DNA of 64,000 nucleotides from Gammaproteobacteria bacterium (GCA_965207475.1 OZ242278.1:8454-72453), one strand, 5' to 3'; shown: positions 50,513-61,778, numbered from the stretch's first letter. Numbers and translations are program-made. Notes: generated from the sequence alone by a model not told the origin.

Positions 50513-52303
50513 ATGGATTTAATTCGAAATTTTTCAATCATTGCGCATATTGACCATGGTAAATCCACGTTAGCGGATCGTTTCATTCAGCATTGTGGTG
50601 GGCTGTCTGAACGCGAGATGAGTGAACAGGTACTTGATACCATGGATTTAGAGCGTGAACGTGGTATCACAATCAAGGCACAAAGTGTTTCATTGCAGTA
50701 TTTGGCTAAAGATGGGCAGAAATATCAGTTGAATTTTATTGATACCCCGGGGCATGTTGATTTTTCCTATGAAGTGTCTCGCTCTTTGGCTGCCTGTGAG
50801 GGAGCTCTCCTGATAGTGGATGCTTCCCAAGGGGTGGAAGCCCAAAGCGTTGCAAACTGTCATACTGCTGTCGCTTTGGGTTTGGAAATAATTCCAGTAC
50901 TCAACAAGATTGATTTGCCATCAGCTGAACCCGAACGTGTAGCCTCGGAAATTGAAGAGGTAATAGGCATTGATGTTTCAGAACCCTTACTGGTAAGTGC
51001 TAAGACCGGCCAGGGCGTTGAAAACTTGTTGGAGGCAATAGTGCACCGTTTTCCGTCGCCAACGGGCACCGCAGAAGCTCCACTTAAGGCCTTGGTCGTG
51101 GATTCTTGGTTTGACAGCTATGTTGGTGTGATCTCACTAGTACGCGTGATACAGGGATCAATCAGAGCCAAGCAAAAAATAATCGTCATGTCTACAGGCG
51201 TAGCTTACCAAGTTGAAAAGCTCGGGATATTTACTCCTAAGCGAGCAGAAATGGAATCTTTGCTGCCGGGGCAAGTAGGTTTTGTTGTTTGTGGAATAAA
51301 GAACATATCTGCTGCTAAAGTTGGCGATACCCTTACATCTGCTTCAAGGCCAGTAGCCGAGCCATTGGCAGGGTTCAAGGAAATTAAACCGAATGTATTT
51401 GCAGGTGTATTTCCAGTCCATTCAAGTGACTACGAATCGTTTAGAAATGCATTAGAAAAACTGCAGCTCAATGATTCAGCATTCACATATGAGCCAGAGA
51501 CATCGGATGCTCTAGGGTTTGGATTTCGATGTGGATTTCTGGGGATGTTGCACATGGAGATTGTTCAGGAGCGGTTGGAACGGGAGTACGCTCTGGAACT
51601 GATTACTACAGCTCCGACAGTAGCACATGAGGTTCTTACCAAGGATGGAGCAATAAGATATATCCATAACCCTTCTGCATTGCCTTCGACGAACCTCATA
51701 AGAGAGGTAAGAGAGCCGATAATTCAGGCCTCGATACTTGTACCGCATGAATATGTCGGGAATGTAATAACACTGTGCATTGAGAGACGCGGTACACAAA
51801 AGAGCCTGCATTATCATGACAACCAGGTGTCTCTGGTTTTTGAGTTGCCATTGAGTGAAGTTGTGTTGGACTTTTTTGACAAGCTGAAATCGGTGAGCCG
51901 GGGTTATGCATCTTTTGATTATTATCAATCACACTTCTCAACAGTGTCTTTGGTAAAGCTTGATATATTGATAAATGGTGAGAAGGTAGATGCCCTGTCC
52001 ACTATTGTCCACAAGACCCAGGCAGAGGCATATGGAAGGGATATCGCGGGAAAAATGAAAGAAACTATACCAAGGCAGCAGTACGATGTTTCCATACAGG
52101 CGGCGATTGGCTCAAGAGTTATCGCCAGAACTACAACCCGCGCATTGAGGAAGAATGTTACTGCTAAATGTTACGGTGGTGATGTCACGCGCAAAAGGAA
52201 ACTTTTGGAAAAACAAAAAGCAGGTAAAAAACGCATGAAACAAATTGGCAAAGTTGTGATACCCCAGGAAGCATTCTTAGCGGCATTGACACTGGATAAA
52301 TGA
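50513..52303 (+). CDS. lepA: Elongation factor 4
   Basis: [26 protein letters not shown]. Confidence 0.98.
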   Translation: MDLIRNFSIIAHIDHGKSTLADRFIQHCGGLSEREMSEQVLDTMDLERERGITIKAQSVSLQYLAKDGQKYQLNFIDTPGHVDFSYEVSRSLAACEGALLIVDASQGVEAQSVANCHTAVALGLEIIPVLNKIDLPSAEPERVASEIEEVIGIDVSEPLLVSAKTGQGVENLLEAIVHRFPSPTGTAEAPLKALVVDSWFDSYVGVISLVRVIQGSIRAKQKIIVMSTGVAYQVEKLGIFTPKRAEMESLLPGQVGFVVCGIKNISAAKVGDTLTSASRPVAEPLAGFKEIKPNVFAGVFPVHSSDYESFRNALEKLQLNDSAFTYEPETSDALGFGFRCGFLGMLHMEIVQERLEREYALELITTAPTVAHEVLTKDGAIRYIHNPSALPSTNLIREVREPIIQASILVPHEYVGNVITLCIERRGTQKSLHYHDNQVSLVFELPLSEVVLDFFDKLKSVSRGYASFDYYQSHFSTVSLVKLDILINGEKVDALSTIVHKTQAEAYGRDIAGKMKETIPRQQYDVSIQAAIGSRVIARTTTRALRKNVTAKCYGGDVTRKRKLLEKQKAGKKRMKQIGKVVIPQEAFLAALTLDK

Positions 52304-52306
52304 TCT

Positions 52307-53263
52307 TTGGAAAACTTGTTCGAAATGCACGCGTCTAAGTCTCGTTTGTACCTGTTTCTAATCTGGATACTGTTAGTACTTCCGGATATAGGATTTACAG
52401 ACCATTTTATGCGTGTCAGCCTGTTGGGAACCGGAAGTCCTCGCATGCACCCTGAAAAATCTGGTCCAGCAGTACTGGTTGAGGCTGGAGGAAGTTTCTT
52501 GATATTTGATGCGGGTCGAGGAGTAGTTCTAAGACTTACCCAACTTAATATCCCAATTACAGAAATCAACTCGGTATTCCTTACGCATTTGCATGCTGAT
52601 CATATTTTCGCACTAGATGATCTGTGGTTGACCGGCTGGATCTATCAACGTCCTATACCACTTTCCATTTATGGGCCGGAGGGAACAGAGGCTTTTGTTC
52701 AGGGTCTGCGACAGGCTTTTTCTTACGATGTTTCAATTCGGAATCGTTATTCAGGCTTGGACAAGGATTTGGCGCAGCTTATAGTGCATGAGATTACCCC
52801 TGGCATGGTTTACTCAAAAAATGGAGTCAGAGTCACGGCGTTTACAGTGAGCCATGCGCCCGTGCACCCGGCATACGGGTATAAGGTTGATTTTGGAAAT
52901 CGTTCAATAGTGATATCTGGTGACACAACCTACTCTGAAAATCTGGTTGAGCATTCCCGGGGCGTAGACCTGCTCATACATGAAATTTTTGCTGCTCATC
53001 CGGACTGGGTTGAAAAAAATCCACGTTTGCAGAAAATTGAACGATATCACACCAACCCGGCACAGTTAGTACAAGTATTGCACGAAGCTGGGCCAAAGCT
53101 GACAGTGCTTACACATATGATACTGGTAGGAATCCGAGAAAATGATCTAATTCAGAATTTGCGGAGTGAATACTCTGGAAGGATTATTTTAGGAAAAGAC
53201 TTGATGAGACTGAATGTGGGGAGCGAAATCGAGGTATTGCCATTTAACGGCAGCTATAAATAG
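52307..53263 (+). CDS. Metallo-beta-lactamase fold hydrolase (RNase Z/AtsA-like)
   Basis: LLGTGSP, THLHADH, ISGDT, DLLIHE; N-terminal hydrophobic segment. Confidence 0.85.
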   Translation: MENLFEMHASKSRLYLFLIWILLVLPDIGFTDHFMRVSLLGTGSPRMHPEKSGPAVLVEAGGSFLIFDAGRGVVLRLTQLNIPITEINSVFLTHLHADHIFALDDLWLTGWIYQRPIPLSIYGPEGTEAFVQGLRQAFSYDVSIRNRYSGLDKDLAQLIVHEITPGMVYSKNGVRVTAFTVSHAPVHPAYGYKVDFGNRSIVISGDTTYSENLVEHSRGVDLLIHEIFAAHPDWVEKNPRLQKIERYHTNPAQLVQVLHEAGPKLTVLTHMILVGIRENDLIQNLRSEYSGRIILGKDLMRLNVGSEIEVLPFNGSYK

Positions 53264-53299
53264 GTAAGTACAGATGCTGTTCTCAAGGAGCACGCTAAT

Positions 53300-54118
53300 T
53301 TGAACTTGGATTATTCACGACCACTGTTGATGGGCGTACTAAATGTGACGCCGGACAGCTTTTCAGATGGAGGGGCCTATCCCTCTTCAAAGGATGCTAT
53401 TGCCTGCGGGATTGAAATGGCTGAACAGGGGGCGGATATCATTGATGTGGGTGGAGAATCAACTCGCCCAGGGGCCTCACGTATAGGTGCATCGGAACAA
53501 ATTCGCAGGGTTGTCGACGTAATTGCCGGGCTGAATTCAGAGCTGCCTGGACACGTTCGCATCAGCATAGACACAACTTTATCTGAAGTTGCCAAGGCAG
53601 CCTTGGATGCTGGTGCTACGATTCTGAATGATGTAAGCGCAGGTAGTGAGGATATTAATCTGTTGAAGCTTGCGGCAAAGGCTGATGTGCCAGTTTGTCT
53701 GATGCACATGTTGGGAGAACCTAAAACCATGCAAGATAATCCTGTGTATGAAAATGTTACGAAGGAAGTTGCTGATGTCCTTTTGGCCAGGGCCAAGAAA
53801 GCAGAGTCGTTGGGTGTGAATAGTGCAAACATCATTCTTGATCCAGGTATCGGCTTTGGCAAACGTACACAGCATAACCTTGAGCTGTTAAGAGATCTGA
53901 AAGAATTAACAGGATTAGGTTATCCGATAATGCTTGGCACAAGCCGTAAACGGTTTATGGGTGAGATTTCGAGACAGAATAATCCAAGGGCTAGAATGCC
54001 AGCGACATGTGCGACTTCTGCACTAGGTGTACTTGCAGGGGTGAAGATTTTTCGTGTGCATGATGTTTGGCAAAACCGTCAGGCAGTCGATGTCGCTTGG
54101 GCTGTCATGACAGCTTAA
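53300..54118 (+). CDS. folP: Dihydropteroate synthase
   Basis: MGVLNVTPDSFSDGG, GGESTRPG, DPGIGFGK, GTSRKRF, RVHDV. Confidence 0.95.
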   Translation: MNLDYSRPLLMGVLNVTPDSFSDGGAYPSSKDAIACGIEMAEQGADIIDVGGESTRPGASRIGASEQIRRVVDVIAGLNSELPGHVRISIDTTLSEVAKAALDAGATILNDVSAGSEDINLLKLAAKADVPVCLMHMLGEPKTMQDNPVYENVTKEVADVLLARAKKAESLGVNSANIILDPGIGFGKRTQHNLELLRDLKELTGLGYPIMLGTSRKRFMGEISRQNNPRARMPATCATSALGVLAGVKIFRVHDVWQNRQAVDVAWAVMTA

Positions 54119-54155
54119 GGTATGTATGCGCCAGATTAAGACCAAATTACGTGGA

Positions 54156-54710
54156 TTAATGGAAGTTGTTTGCGGAATTTGTTCGGCCATCAAGTATTTC
54201 CGCGTTCCAATTACATTCTGGATTTGAAATGGCCTTAGTGCAATGAAAGATAGTGGAGATCATGCCCCAGATCAATCCAATCACAACTCCTGCATCAAGT
54301 AAGCCCTTCCATGGTTGGGGAATGTAACGAAATAGAAGAATAAATACTATGATCATGATAGTTAAAGTAATAGTAGTAAAGACGCGCTTTGCTGGAGCGT
54401 GGAAATAACCCATGCAGAAAAATGGTGCAAAGATACACTGAACTGGTGTGCTGTTTGCTAGCAGGTATTTGGTTCGTGCAGCAAAACGCGGAGAAAAGTT
54501 TTTTTGAAACCCTTTATACCCTTCACTATGTGCCATGAACCCGGTGAATCCAATGAGCACCAACCAGTGCATCCAGTTCAGATGCATCTGCAAGGACTCG
54601 AGTGTATAAGTGGATAATTTCCAGATGGAAAATCCAAGTAAAACTAACAGGCCAGAAATGCTCCATCCCGCTGCAATCACACCTAGAGCAGTAACAGGTC
54701 TTTCATTCAT
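54156..54710 (-). CDS. Hypothetical membrane protein
   Basis: Several TM segments, EGYKGFQKNFSPR motif. Confidence 0.75.
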   Translation of the reverse strand: MNERPVTALGVIAAGWSISGLLVLLGFSIWKLSTYTLESLQMHLNWMHWLVLIGFTGFMAHSEGYKGFQKNFSPRFAARTKYLLANSTPVQCIFAPFFCMGYFHAPAKRVFTTITLTIMIIVFILLFRYIPQPWKGLLDAGVVIGLIWGMISTIFHCTKAISNPECNWNAEILDGRTNSANNFH

Positions 54711-55114
54711 TGTGTCTAAGAACAGATCAGGTGTAAGGGTGTGTACTGATAGCTACTTCTATCAGATATTCGAATGGGAGCCTGCGTTTTTCTTGTACAT
54801 AATTTTGAGCTATGTAAGATCAGTAACAGTCGTGGGTTTTGACAACTATTAGGAACTGGCCTGTCGATTCCTTTGTTTGCGCGCATGGGATAATCATATC
54901 TGCATGAATGCTATTTTCATACTGTGTGAAACTTGACTGACAGATTGATGTAAAGATTGAAAGGGTCTTACTCTAAATCTCGCGCTTAGTTTACCTGACT
55001 GGATTGCATATGGTAACTTTACCGAATTAAGGACAACTGGCTTAAGCAATTTTCTCCCTACAAAATTATGTTTCTTATGAATCGACTGAAACCCAGAAAA
55101 TATAGGAGTGTATT

Positions 55115-55471
55115 ATGAAAACTAAACCCGAAATGAAGCCGCTCGTGGTAGCAGTAGGTACTGTCTTGGCTACAAGCGCATTTGGTATCTCTACAGCAAG
55201 TGCGGATCAGAATCTGTTTCAAATGACAGAACTCTCTTCTGGCTACATGGTTGCAGACAGTCATGGTGCAGGCGAGGGTAAGTCTGAAGAGGGTAAATGT
55301 GGTGAAGGCAAGTGTGGTGAAGGCAAGTGTGGAGAGGACAAGTCTGAAGAGGACAAGTCTGAAGAGGGTAAATGTGGCGAAGGCAAGTGTGGCGAAGGCA
55401 AGTGTGGAGAGAGCAAGTCTGAAGAGGGTAAATGTGGCGAAGGCAAGTGTGGCGAAGATAAATCTGAATAA
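55115..55471 (+). CDS. HvfA-like secreted EGKCG-repeat peptide (MNIO-modified RiPP precursor family)
   Basis: AGGAG RBS, signal peptide, 15-bp tandem repeats encoding EGKCG/EDKSE with 8 Cys. Confidence 0.85.
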   Translation: MKTKPEMKPLVVAVGTVLATSAFGISTASADQNLFQMTELSSGYMVADSHGAGEGKSEEGKCGEGKCGEGKCGEDKSEEDKSEEGKCGEGKCGEGKCGESKSEEGKCGEGKCGEDKSE

Positions 55472-55516
55472 GGCTGAAGCAAGCTGAAGTCAATTTTCAG
55501 ATTATCACGTAGCTTA

Positions 55517-55551
55517 GTAGAAACGGCGAACATAAAGTTCGCCGTTTCTAC
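55517..55551. terminator. Hairpin terminator after the HvfA-like gene
   Basis: GTAGAAACGGCGAAC-ATAAA-GTTCGCCGTTTCTAC perfect 15-bp stem. Confidence 0.75.
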
Positions 55552-55649
55552 ATTTCAAACAGTAAGTACAGCAGTTGATGGCAATTGTGGCCTAGCGATT
55601 CACTAGCAGTGAGATAGGTTCATTATCGTTAGATGTGTACGAGGTTAGC

Positions 55650-56525
55650 ATGGCGGCAATTCTAATTGATGGTAAGACAATTGCTACAGAAATCAAACTT
55701 GAAGTTAAAGATCTAGTCAGCAAGCTGCGCTCTCAGGGTGTTCACCCTTGTTTGGCTGTGATTTTGGTTGGAACTGACCCAGCTTCTCATGCCTATGTTA
55801 GTGCCAAGCGCCGGATGAGCCAGGAAGTCGGTATTCGATTGATTCAGCATAATCTACTACAGGGAATTTCGGAGCTTGAATTAATCAGATTAATACATTC
55901 GTTAAATGCTGATTCTGAAGTGCATGGCATTTTAGTCCAGCTACCTTTACCTGCACATATTGAAGAACACAATGTTATTGAAGCGATATCACCTGCAAAA
56001 GACGTTGATGGATTCCACCCGTGCAACGTCGGCTGCCTAGTAACCGGGTTGGACACTTTAATTTCTTGCACACCCCATGCAGTGTCTCAGCTGATGACTA
56101 GAAGCGGAATATCAACAAGTGGTAAACACACAGTGATTGTTGGTCGAAGTAATATAGTAGGCAAACCCCTCATGAATCTGCTGGTACAAAAAACCGTAGG
56201 AGGCAACTCGACAGTGACGGTATGCCATTCCGGAACCAAAAACATAAAAAACTTTACTGTACAGGCAGATATTTTGATCGTAGCAATCGGGAAAGCCAGG
56301 CTAGTGTCGGCAGACATGATCAAGCCTGGAGCAGTTGTTATCGATGTAGGGATTAACCGCGTTGAAGAAAACGGTAAGACCCGGCTAATTGGAGATGTGG
56401 ATTTTGATCATGCGAGGAATGTTGCTTCAATGATCACACCTGTGCCAGGTGGCGTTGGTCCAATGACTGTTGCCATGTTGATGAAAAATGTAGTTAAGGC
56501 GGCCACCTGGTCTATCCGAACATGA
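55650..56525 (+). CDS. folD: Methylene-THF dehydrogenase/cyclohydrolase
   Basis: HGILVQLPLP, KDVDGFHP, GRSNIVGKP, TPVPGGVGPMT. Confidence 0.97.
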   Translation: MAAILIDGKTIATEIKLEVKDLVSKLRSQGVHPCLAVILVGTDPASHAYVSAKRRMSQEVGIRLIQHNLLQGISELELIRLIHSLNADSEVHGILVQLPLPAHIEEHNVIEAISPAKDVDGFHPCNVGCLVTGLDTLISCTPHAVSQLMTRSGISTSGKHTVIVGRSNIVGKPLMNLLVQKTVGGNSTVTVCHSGTKNIKNFTVQADILIVAIGKARLVSADMIKPGAVVIDVGINRVEENGKTRLIGDVDFDHARNVASMITPVPGGVGPMTVAMLMKNVVKAATWSIRT

Positions 56526-56759
56526 TCCTGACAAGCATCTTCAATGAAACTGCGGTTGATAATATTTGAAAGGGGTAAGCGGATTGATCAAAAAATGGCG
56601 GTTGAGGTAGTCTGACTGAGATGCTGCAATTCTGGGTAGTACGGTGCAATCGTTGGCAATTTTAGGGCTTTGTCTGCTGGATTCAAATGTGGCATAAGCA
56701 CACATACGATATAGAGTGGTATAGTGCGAATACATTGGTATTTTTAAGGGGCGGCTGAT

Positions 56760-57146
56760 ATGTCTAAGTGGCGTGATATCAAATCCGAACAGACCTATTC
56801 AGAGGAACAAATAAAAGAAAGACTTTCTGAGGAGCTTCCTGCCTGGTATTACGAAAATGGTTGGATTCGTAGAAAATACAGGACTCACGGTTGGAAGGGA
56901 ACTCTAATGGTCGTGAATACTATAGGGCATTTGGCGGAGGCTGCGTTTCATCACCCGGACCTTACAGTGTCTTATGCGTTCGTAATTTGCAAACTTATGA
57001 ATCATGCAGCTAAGGGCGTTACTAATAAGGACTTTGAACTAGCTAAGAAAATCGAAGAGATAGTCATGTGGCAGCCTAGTGCAGATACTGGGGATTTAGA
57101 GGGCACTCCTTCGGACCCACGATTTGCATACATCCAGTACAAGTGA
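56760..57146 (+). CDS. Pterin-4a-carbinolamine dehydratase family protein
   Basis: GHLAEAAFHHPDL, HAAKGVTNKDFELAKKIE. Confidence 0.88.
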   Translation: MSKWRDIKSEQTYSEEQIKERLSEELPAWYYENGWIRRKYRTHGWKGTLMVVNTIGHLAEAAFHHPDLTVSYAFVICKLMNHAAKGVTNKDFELAKKIEEIVMWQPSADTGDLEGTPSDPRFAYIQYK

Positions 57147-57153
57147 TAAATGG

Positions 57154-57729
57154 CTAATGATGCTGTGTGCTTGGTATCAGGGTCTCTATATTTTTCAGGA
57201 GAACCTGCAGGGGTGTACCGTAAGGAAGAATACTCGCTACCTTGCCGTCTGTGTCGATGACGTACAAGTTGGAAGTGTGGTCGATGGAATATGGAGCCTC
57301 TGGCAAATTTTCGCCACGGGTGTAATAAAAGCCACCAAACTGCTTGACAACGGTGTCAATTTCCTTGGTCGAACCGGTCAATCCAATAAATCGGTTTCCA
57401 AAGTATTCAAGGTAGTTTGCCAGCGTTTCAGGAGTGTCGCGTTCAGGGTCAACAGAAATAAACAGTGGTTGTACATGAGATGCTCTTTTACCTAATTGGG
57501 TTAACACACTTTTGATAGTGCTCATTGTGTGAGGGCAGACATCTGGACAGTTGGTAAAACCAAAAAATAATAGAACTACTTGGCCTTTTGAGCTTGACAG
57601 TGTGTAGGGTTCGTTCCAGTGTGTCGTAAGTTTAAAATTTCCGCCTAAATTCCTGTTTTCTGCTGAGCCACTGGCGATACAAAGTGCTAATACAAAAAAT
57701 AAATAAATTCTAAGGAAATAATGCGACAT
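57154..57729 (-). CDS. SCO family copper chaperone
   Basis: FGFTNCPDVCP, ISVDPERDTP, IDHT. Confidence 0.93.
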   Translation of the reverse strand: MSHYFLRIYLFFVLALCIASGSAENRNLGGNFKLTTHWNEPYTLSSSKGQVVLLFFGFTNCPDVCPHTMSTIKSVLTQLGKRASHVQPLFISVDPERDTPETLANYLEYFGNRFIGLTGSTKEIDTVVKQFGGFYYTRGENLPEAPYSIDHTSNLYVIDTDGKVASILPYGTPLQVLLKNIETLIPSTQHH

Positions 57730-58035
57730 TTTTTTAAAAACTGTTACGGGTTTAGGTCAGTTTTGTTTGTCCTGTATGCAGTTACATGCCTAAAGCCGGG
57801 TATGCGAATTGTTGAATTTGTAGCCGGTAGCTGTTGTTCTTGCAAGATAATTCAGAGCTGACAGGTTGCGAGCTGCAGCTACTTTCCGGTACATGTCGAG
57901 TTGAAACAAAACTAGGGATATTGGACGATACAGCCTTGAATCGAATACTGGATACGGCATAATGCACGGTAGAGCTTTTCATAGGGTCTAGGTTATAGTT
58001 TCAATCAACAAAAATGATACAGGAGTCCTGTAGTT

Positions 58036-59412
58036 ATGAAAATTATGGCAAAAATAAAAGCTAAGTGGATGCAAGGTAGTCTTGCGCTTGTTGGGGCGAT
58101 ACTTGCATCTACAATTGGCTTCCACACTACTGCCATGGCTGATGAGACTTGTATGTCTCCTTATATGGCTAAGATTGTCGGCCAAGAAGATTATGTATAT
58201 GTTTGGACACTGGGTGTAGAAGGGCTTGGCGATGAGCAGGATAAGCTTGTTACAATATCCGTCAACCCAAACTCTGTTAACTATGGAAAAGTAGTCAATG
58301 TACTTTCTGTAGGGGGTCGGAATGAAGCACATCACTCCGGCTTGACGGATGATCGACGTTATCTGTTTGCAGGTGGTTTAGACAGTAACAAAATCTTTAT
58401 CTTTGATGTCCACACCAATCCCAGTAAACCAACCCTGCATAAGGTAATTACTGATTTTGTAGAGAAAACTGGTGGCATGGTAGGTCCGCATACAATGTAT
58501 GCCTTGCCTGGCCGCATCATTGTCAGCGCTTTATCCAATAATGTTGATCATGGTGGTAGGACCGGACTTGCCGAGTTCACGAATGAGGGTGAATTCGTAG
58601 CTGCCCATTGGATGCCGACAGACGAAAATATGCGCGGTGCCAAGAAGGTCGGGAATATTGCAGACGGATATGGATATGATGTACGTGTATTGCCACGCAG
58701 AAACATAATGGTTACTTCCTCATTTACTGGATGGTCCAATTACATGATGGATTTCAGCAAGATGCTGGCCGATGCAGAAGCCATGAAGCGCTTCGGCAAT
58801 ACCGTTGTCGTCTGGGATCTACATACTCGCAAACCAAAGAAAGTGTTTGAAGTACCTGGCGCACCATTAGAGATTCGTTGTGCATGGGGCTCACGCAACA
58901 ACTACTGTCTCACTACCACGGCATTGACTTCGCAAATTTGGTTGATTTATGAAGACGATTCGGGTGAATGGCAAGCCAAAGCTGTAGGGGATATTGGTGA
59001 TCCTTCTAAGGTGCCCCTGCCGGTGGATATCTCAATTACTGCAGATGACCAAGGTCTTTGGGTACAAACCTTCATGGATGGCAAGACTCGATATTTTGAC
59101 ATTTCGGACCCATTTAATCCGAAACAGATATATGAACATGTGATTGGTTCACAAGTGAATATGATTTCTCAGAGCTGGGATGGCAAGCGAACCTACTTCA
59201 CATCTTCGTTGCTTGGTAACTGGGATAAAACAGGCGAATCTGATGAACAGTTTTTCAAGTTGTTCAAGTGGAACGGTGAGGAACTTGTGCATGAGTTCAC
59301 AGTGGATTTCTATGCACTGAAACTTGGGCGAGCCCATCAGATGCGATTTGGCGCCTATTCACTCTATTCACAAAAATCGAACTCCACAGGCACGCTGCTG
59401 TCTCAAAGGTAG
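58036..59412 (+). CDS. mtoX: Methanethiol oxidase (SBP56 family)
   Basis: Signal peptide then DETCMSP; NEAHH, GPHT, SSFTGW, SSLLGNWDK; SCO and MauG-like genes adjacent. Confidence 0.88.
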   Translation: MKIMAKIKAKWMQGSLALVGAILASTIGFHTTAMADETCMSPYMAKIVGQEDYVYVWTLGVEGLGDEQDKLVTISVNPNSVNYGKVVNVLSVGGRNEAHHSGLTDDRRYLFAGGLDSNKIFIFDVHTNPSKPTLHKVITDFVEKTGGMVGPHTMYALPGRIIVSALSNNVDHGGRTGLAEFTNEGEFVAAHWMPTDENMRGAKKVGNIADGYGYDVRVLPRRNIMVTSSFTGWSNYMMDFSKMLADAEAMKRFGNTVVVWDLHTRKPKKVFEVPGAPLEIRCAWGSRNNYCLTTTALTSQIWLIYEDDSGEWQAKAVGDIGDPSKVPLPVDISITADDQGLWVQTFMDGKTRYFDISDPFNPKQIYEHVIGSQVNMISQSWDGKRTYFTSSLLGNWDKTGESDEQFFKLFKWNGEELVHEFTVDFYALKLGRAHQMRFGAYSLYSQKSNSTGTLLSQR

Positions 59413-59458
59413 CAAGCGCATTGCTTTTGCTAGGGCGCTAATACGCGCATAAATGTGG

Positions 59459-59492
59459 AACAAGGCCGCCTGCGGGCGGCCTTGTTGTTTTT
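59459..59492 (+). terminator. Intrinsic terminator
   Basis: AACAAGGCCGCC-TGCG-GGCGGCCTTGTT followed by T tract. Confidence 0.75.
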
Positions 59493-59502
59493 GAGGGGTT
59501 AA

Positions 59503-60258
59503 TTGCGGCTAATGAGAAAAGTGTTCAGATACTTGATGCTGTGCGGAGTTATCTTTCTCGGAACGAGTTGTGATCAATCACCCGAGCATGACTCTTATCT
59601 CCCTGGTTCTCATGCAGCCCTTTCACAAGTTAGAGTAATTGCAGATGGATGGAAGCCTGATTTGCCTTATGAAGTACCTGAACCGGGAACTTATGACTTG
59701 CCAAGGATTCGGGCAGCTGGAGGTGGAAAGGTACTTGGCCCGGATGGGAATGAGCTGGAACTTGGGAATCTTATGGGTGATAAGATCGTCCTGCTGACGT
59801 TCATATATAGTAGCTGTAGAGATTTGAACGGTTGTCCTTTAGCTACAGCTGTATTCTACAAGGTGAAAGAACGGTTCAGGCATGATCTGGAACTTGCAGA
59901 TAAGGTGCGTCTGATTAGCGTAAGCTTTGACCCTGAACACGACACACCAGAAGTTATGAAATTATATGGTAAAGGGTTTGAAGAGGGTGACCCACAATGG
60001 ATGTTTCTGACCACAGCTTCCGAAAATATTTTGGGACCCATTATCAGCCACTATGGGCAGATGGTGATCAAGGAATATGATGAAAATGGTGAGTACAAAG
60101 GAACAATGGCACATGTTTTACGTGCATTTCTTATAGACATGTCAAAAAATATTAGACAGGAATACAGCGTTTCGTTTTTGCATGACCAATTGGTTACAGC
60201 AGATATCAAAACGCTGCTTATTGAGCAAGGAGTATTAACTGCGCATACAGACTCGTGA
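59503..60258 (+). CDS. SCO family protein
   Basis: FIYSSCRDLNGCP, SFDPEHDTP, AHVLR; lipoprotein-like N-terminus. Confidence 0.88.
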   Translation: MRLMRKVFRYLMLCGVIFLGTSCDQSPEHDSYLPGSHAALSQVRVIADGWKPDLPYEVPEPGTYDLPRIRAAGGGKVLGPDGNELELGNLMGDKIVLLTFIYSSCRDLNGCPLATAVFYKVKERFRHDLELADKVRLISVSFDPEHDTPEVMKLYGKGFEEGDPQWMFLTTASENILGPIISHYGQMVIKEYDENGEYKGTMAHVLRAFLIDMSKNIRQEYSVSFLHDQLVTADIKTLLIEQGVLTAHTDS

Positions 60259-61607
60259 TGCAATTAATTAAAAGGTCAACTCTGAATTTCAATTTCCAGA
60301 CCGTATTTAGTGTAACTTTCCTTGCTCTTGTACTGTTAGCCTCAGATGATGTTCTTGCCGACTTGAATGAGTCAGCAGATCATGCGGTATTTGGTCCAGG
60401 GGATAACAAAGAGGGTTATGAGTCGGCAGATTACCGGACCAATTCTCTGGACCTGAAAAAGCGTTTAGGGAAGGAAGCTAATCTGATAGATTTTGTAAAT
60501 AACCCACCGTTGGGACTACCACCCGTTCCCATACCAGAAGACAACCCCATGACGATTGAAAAAATCAAATTGGGAAGAAAGATGTTCTTCGATCGCCGTC
60601 TTTCTATCAATGACACTTTTTCTTGTGCAATTTGCCATATTCCTGAGCAGGGTTTTACGAATAATGAGATTCAGACAGCTGTAGGCGTAGAAGGGCGCAC
60701 AGTAAAGCGTAATTCGCCTACTATTTACAATTCCGCTTATCTGGAGAAGATTTTCCATGATGGGCGCGAATCTACTCTAGAGCAGCAAGTTTGGTCACCA
60801 TTACTAGCCAGGAATGAGATGGCTAACCCATCCATCGGGTATGTAATTAGCAAGCTCAGGGCAATTCGTGAATATGATGGTCTGTTTGAAGGAGCTTTTC
60901 AGGGTCGTGGGCCGACCATGGAAACGATAGGTATGGCATTTGCTAATTATCAGCGAACGCTGAATGCGGCTGATTCACCCTTTGATCGCTGGTATTACGG
61001 CAAAGATGAGGACGCAGTCAGTGAACAGGTAAAGCGTGGGTTTGAAGTGTTCATGGGCAAGGGTGGCTGTAGTGCATGTCATGTCTTCAACAAGAAATAT
61101 GCCTTGTTTAGTGATAACCTTTTGCATAATACCGGGGTAGGATTCCAGGAATCCATGGGTATAGAACCTAAGACCAGAAGAGTGCAGCTGGCCCCTGGTG
61201 TATACACGCATCTGGATACGAGCGTAATAAAGTCTGTATCAAGACCCAAGGAAAATGATCTGGGTTTGTATGAGGTTACTGAAAATCCAAATGACCGATG
61301 GAAGTACCGTACACCTTCCTTACGAAATGTTTCTTTAACTGCGCCATACATGCATAACGGTTCACTGTTGACCCTGCATGATGTTATGGCCTTCTACAAT
61401 GATGGAGGCGTACCAAACGAGTTACTCAGTCCCTTGATTCGGCCATTGAATCTGACTGATACTGAAATAGATGAATTGGTGTCGTTTCTGGAATCCTTGA
61501 CAGGCAATAATGTCAATGTTTTGGTAAAGGATGCATTCGCCGCACCTATTGGTGATATCAGTCCTGATGATCCCAATTGGGCCCATGAGAATCAACTGAA
61601 ATTCTAA
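60255..61607 (+). CDS. Di-heme cytochrome c peroxidase / MauG-like protein
   Basis: LGRKMFFD, CAICH, RNSPT, CSACH, TPSLRNV..TAPYMHNG. Confidence 0.92.
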   Translation: MMQLIKRSTLNFNFQTVFSVTFLALVLLASDDVLADLNESADHAVFGPGDNKEGYESADYRTNSLDLKKRLGKEANLIDFVNNPPLGLPPVPIPEDNPMTIEKIKLGRKMFFDRRLSINDTFSCAICHIPEQGFTNNEIQTAVGVEGRTVKRNSPTIYNSAYLEKIFHDGRESTLEQQVWSPLLARNEMANPSIGYVISKLRAIREYDGLFEGAFQGRGPTMETIGMAFANYQRTLNAADSPFDRWYYGKDEDAVSEQVKRGFEVFMGKGGCSACHVFNKKYALFSDNLLHNTGVGFQESMGIEPKTRRVQLAPGVYTHLDTSVIKSVSRPKENDLGLYEVTENPNDRWKYRTPSLRNVSLTAPYMHNGSLLTLHDVMAFYNDGGVPNELLSPLIRPLNLTDTEIDELVSFLESLTGNNVNVLVKDAFAAPIGDISPDDPNWAHENQLKF

Positions 61608-61778
61608 TTCATATGTGTATGTTGCACATTCATTGCGTGGATGTTTGGGTTTGCCATGTCGCCCAGGTTTTCGGGGAAATTATAGACAACTGTAAATCCT
61701 GTCCACAAACATTGGATAGAAATCATGGCACTACATAAGCCTGATTGAGGGGTTAGAATGGCTTCCTGACAAGCTAGT

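Noticed and set aside
55191-55533. Antisense repeat ORFs (HTCL, SPHLP)
   Set aside because: Shadows of the EGKCG repeat gene, which has the RBS and signal peptide
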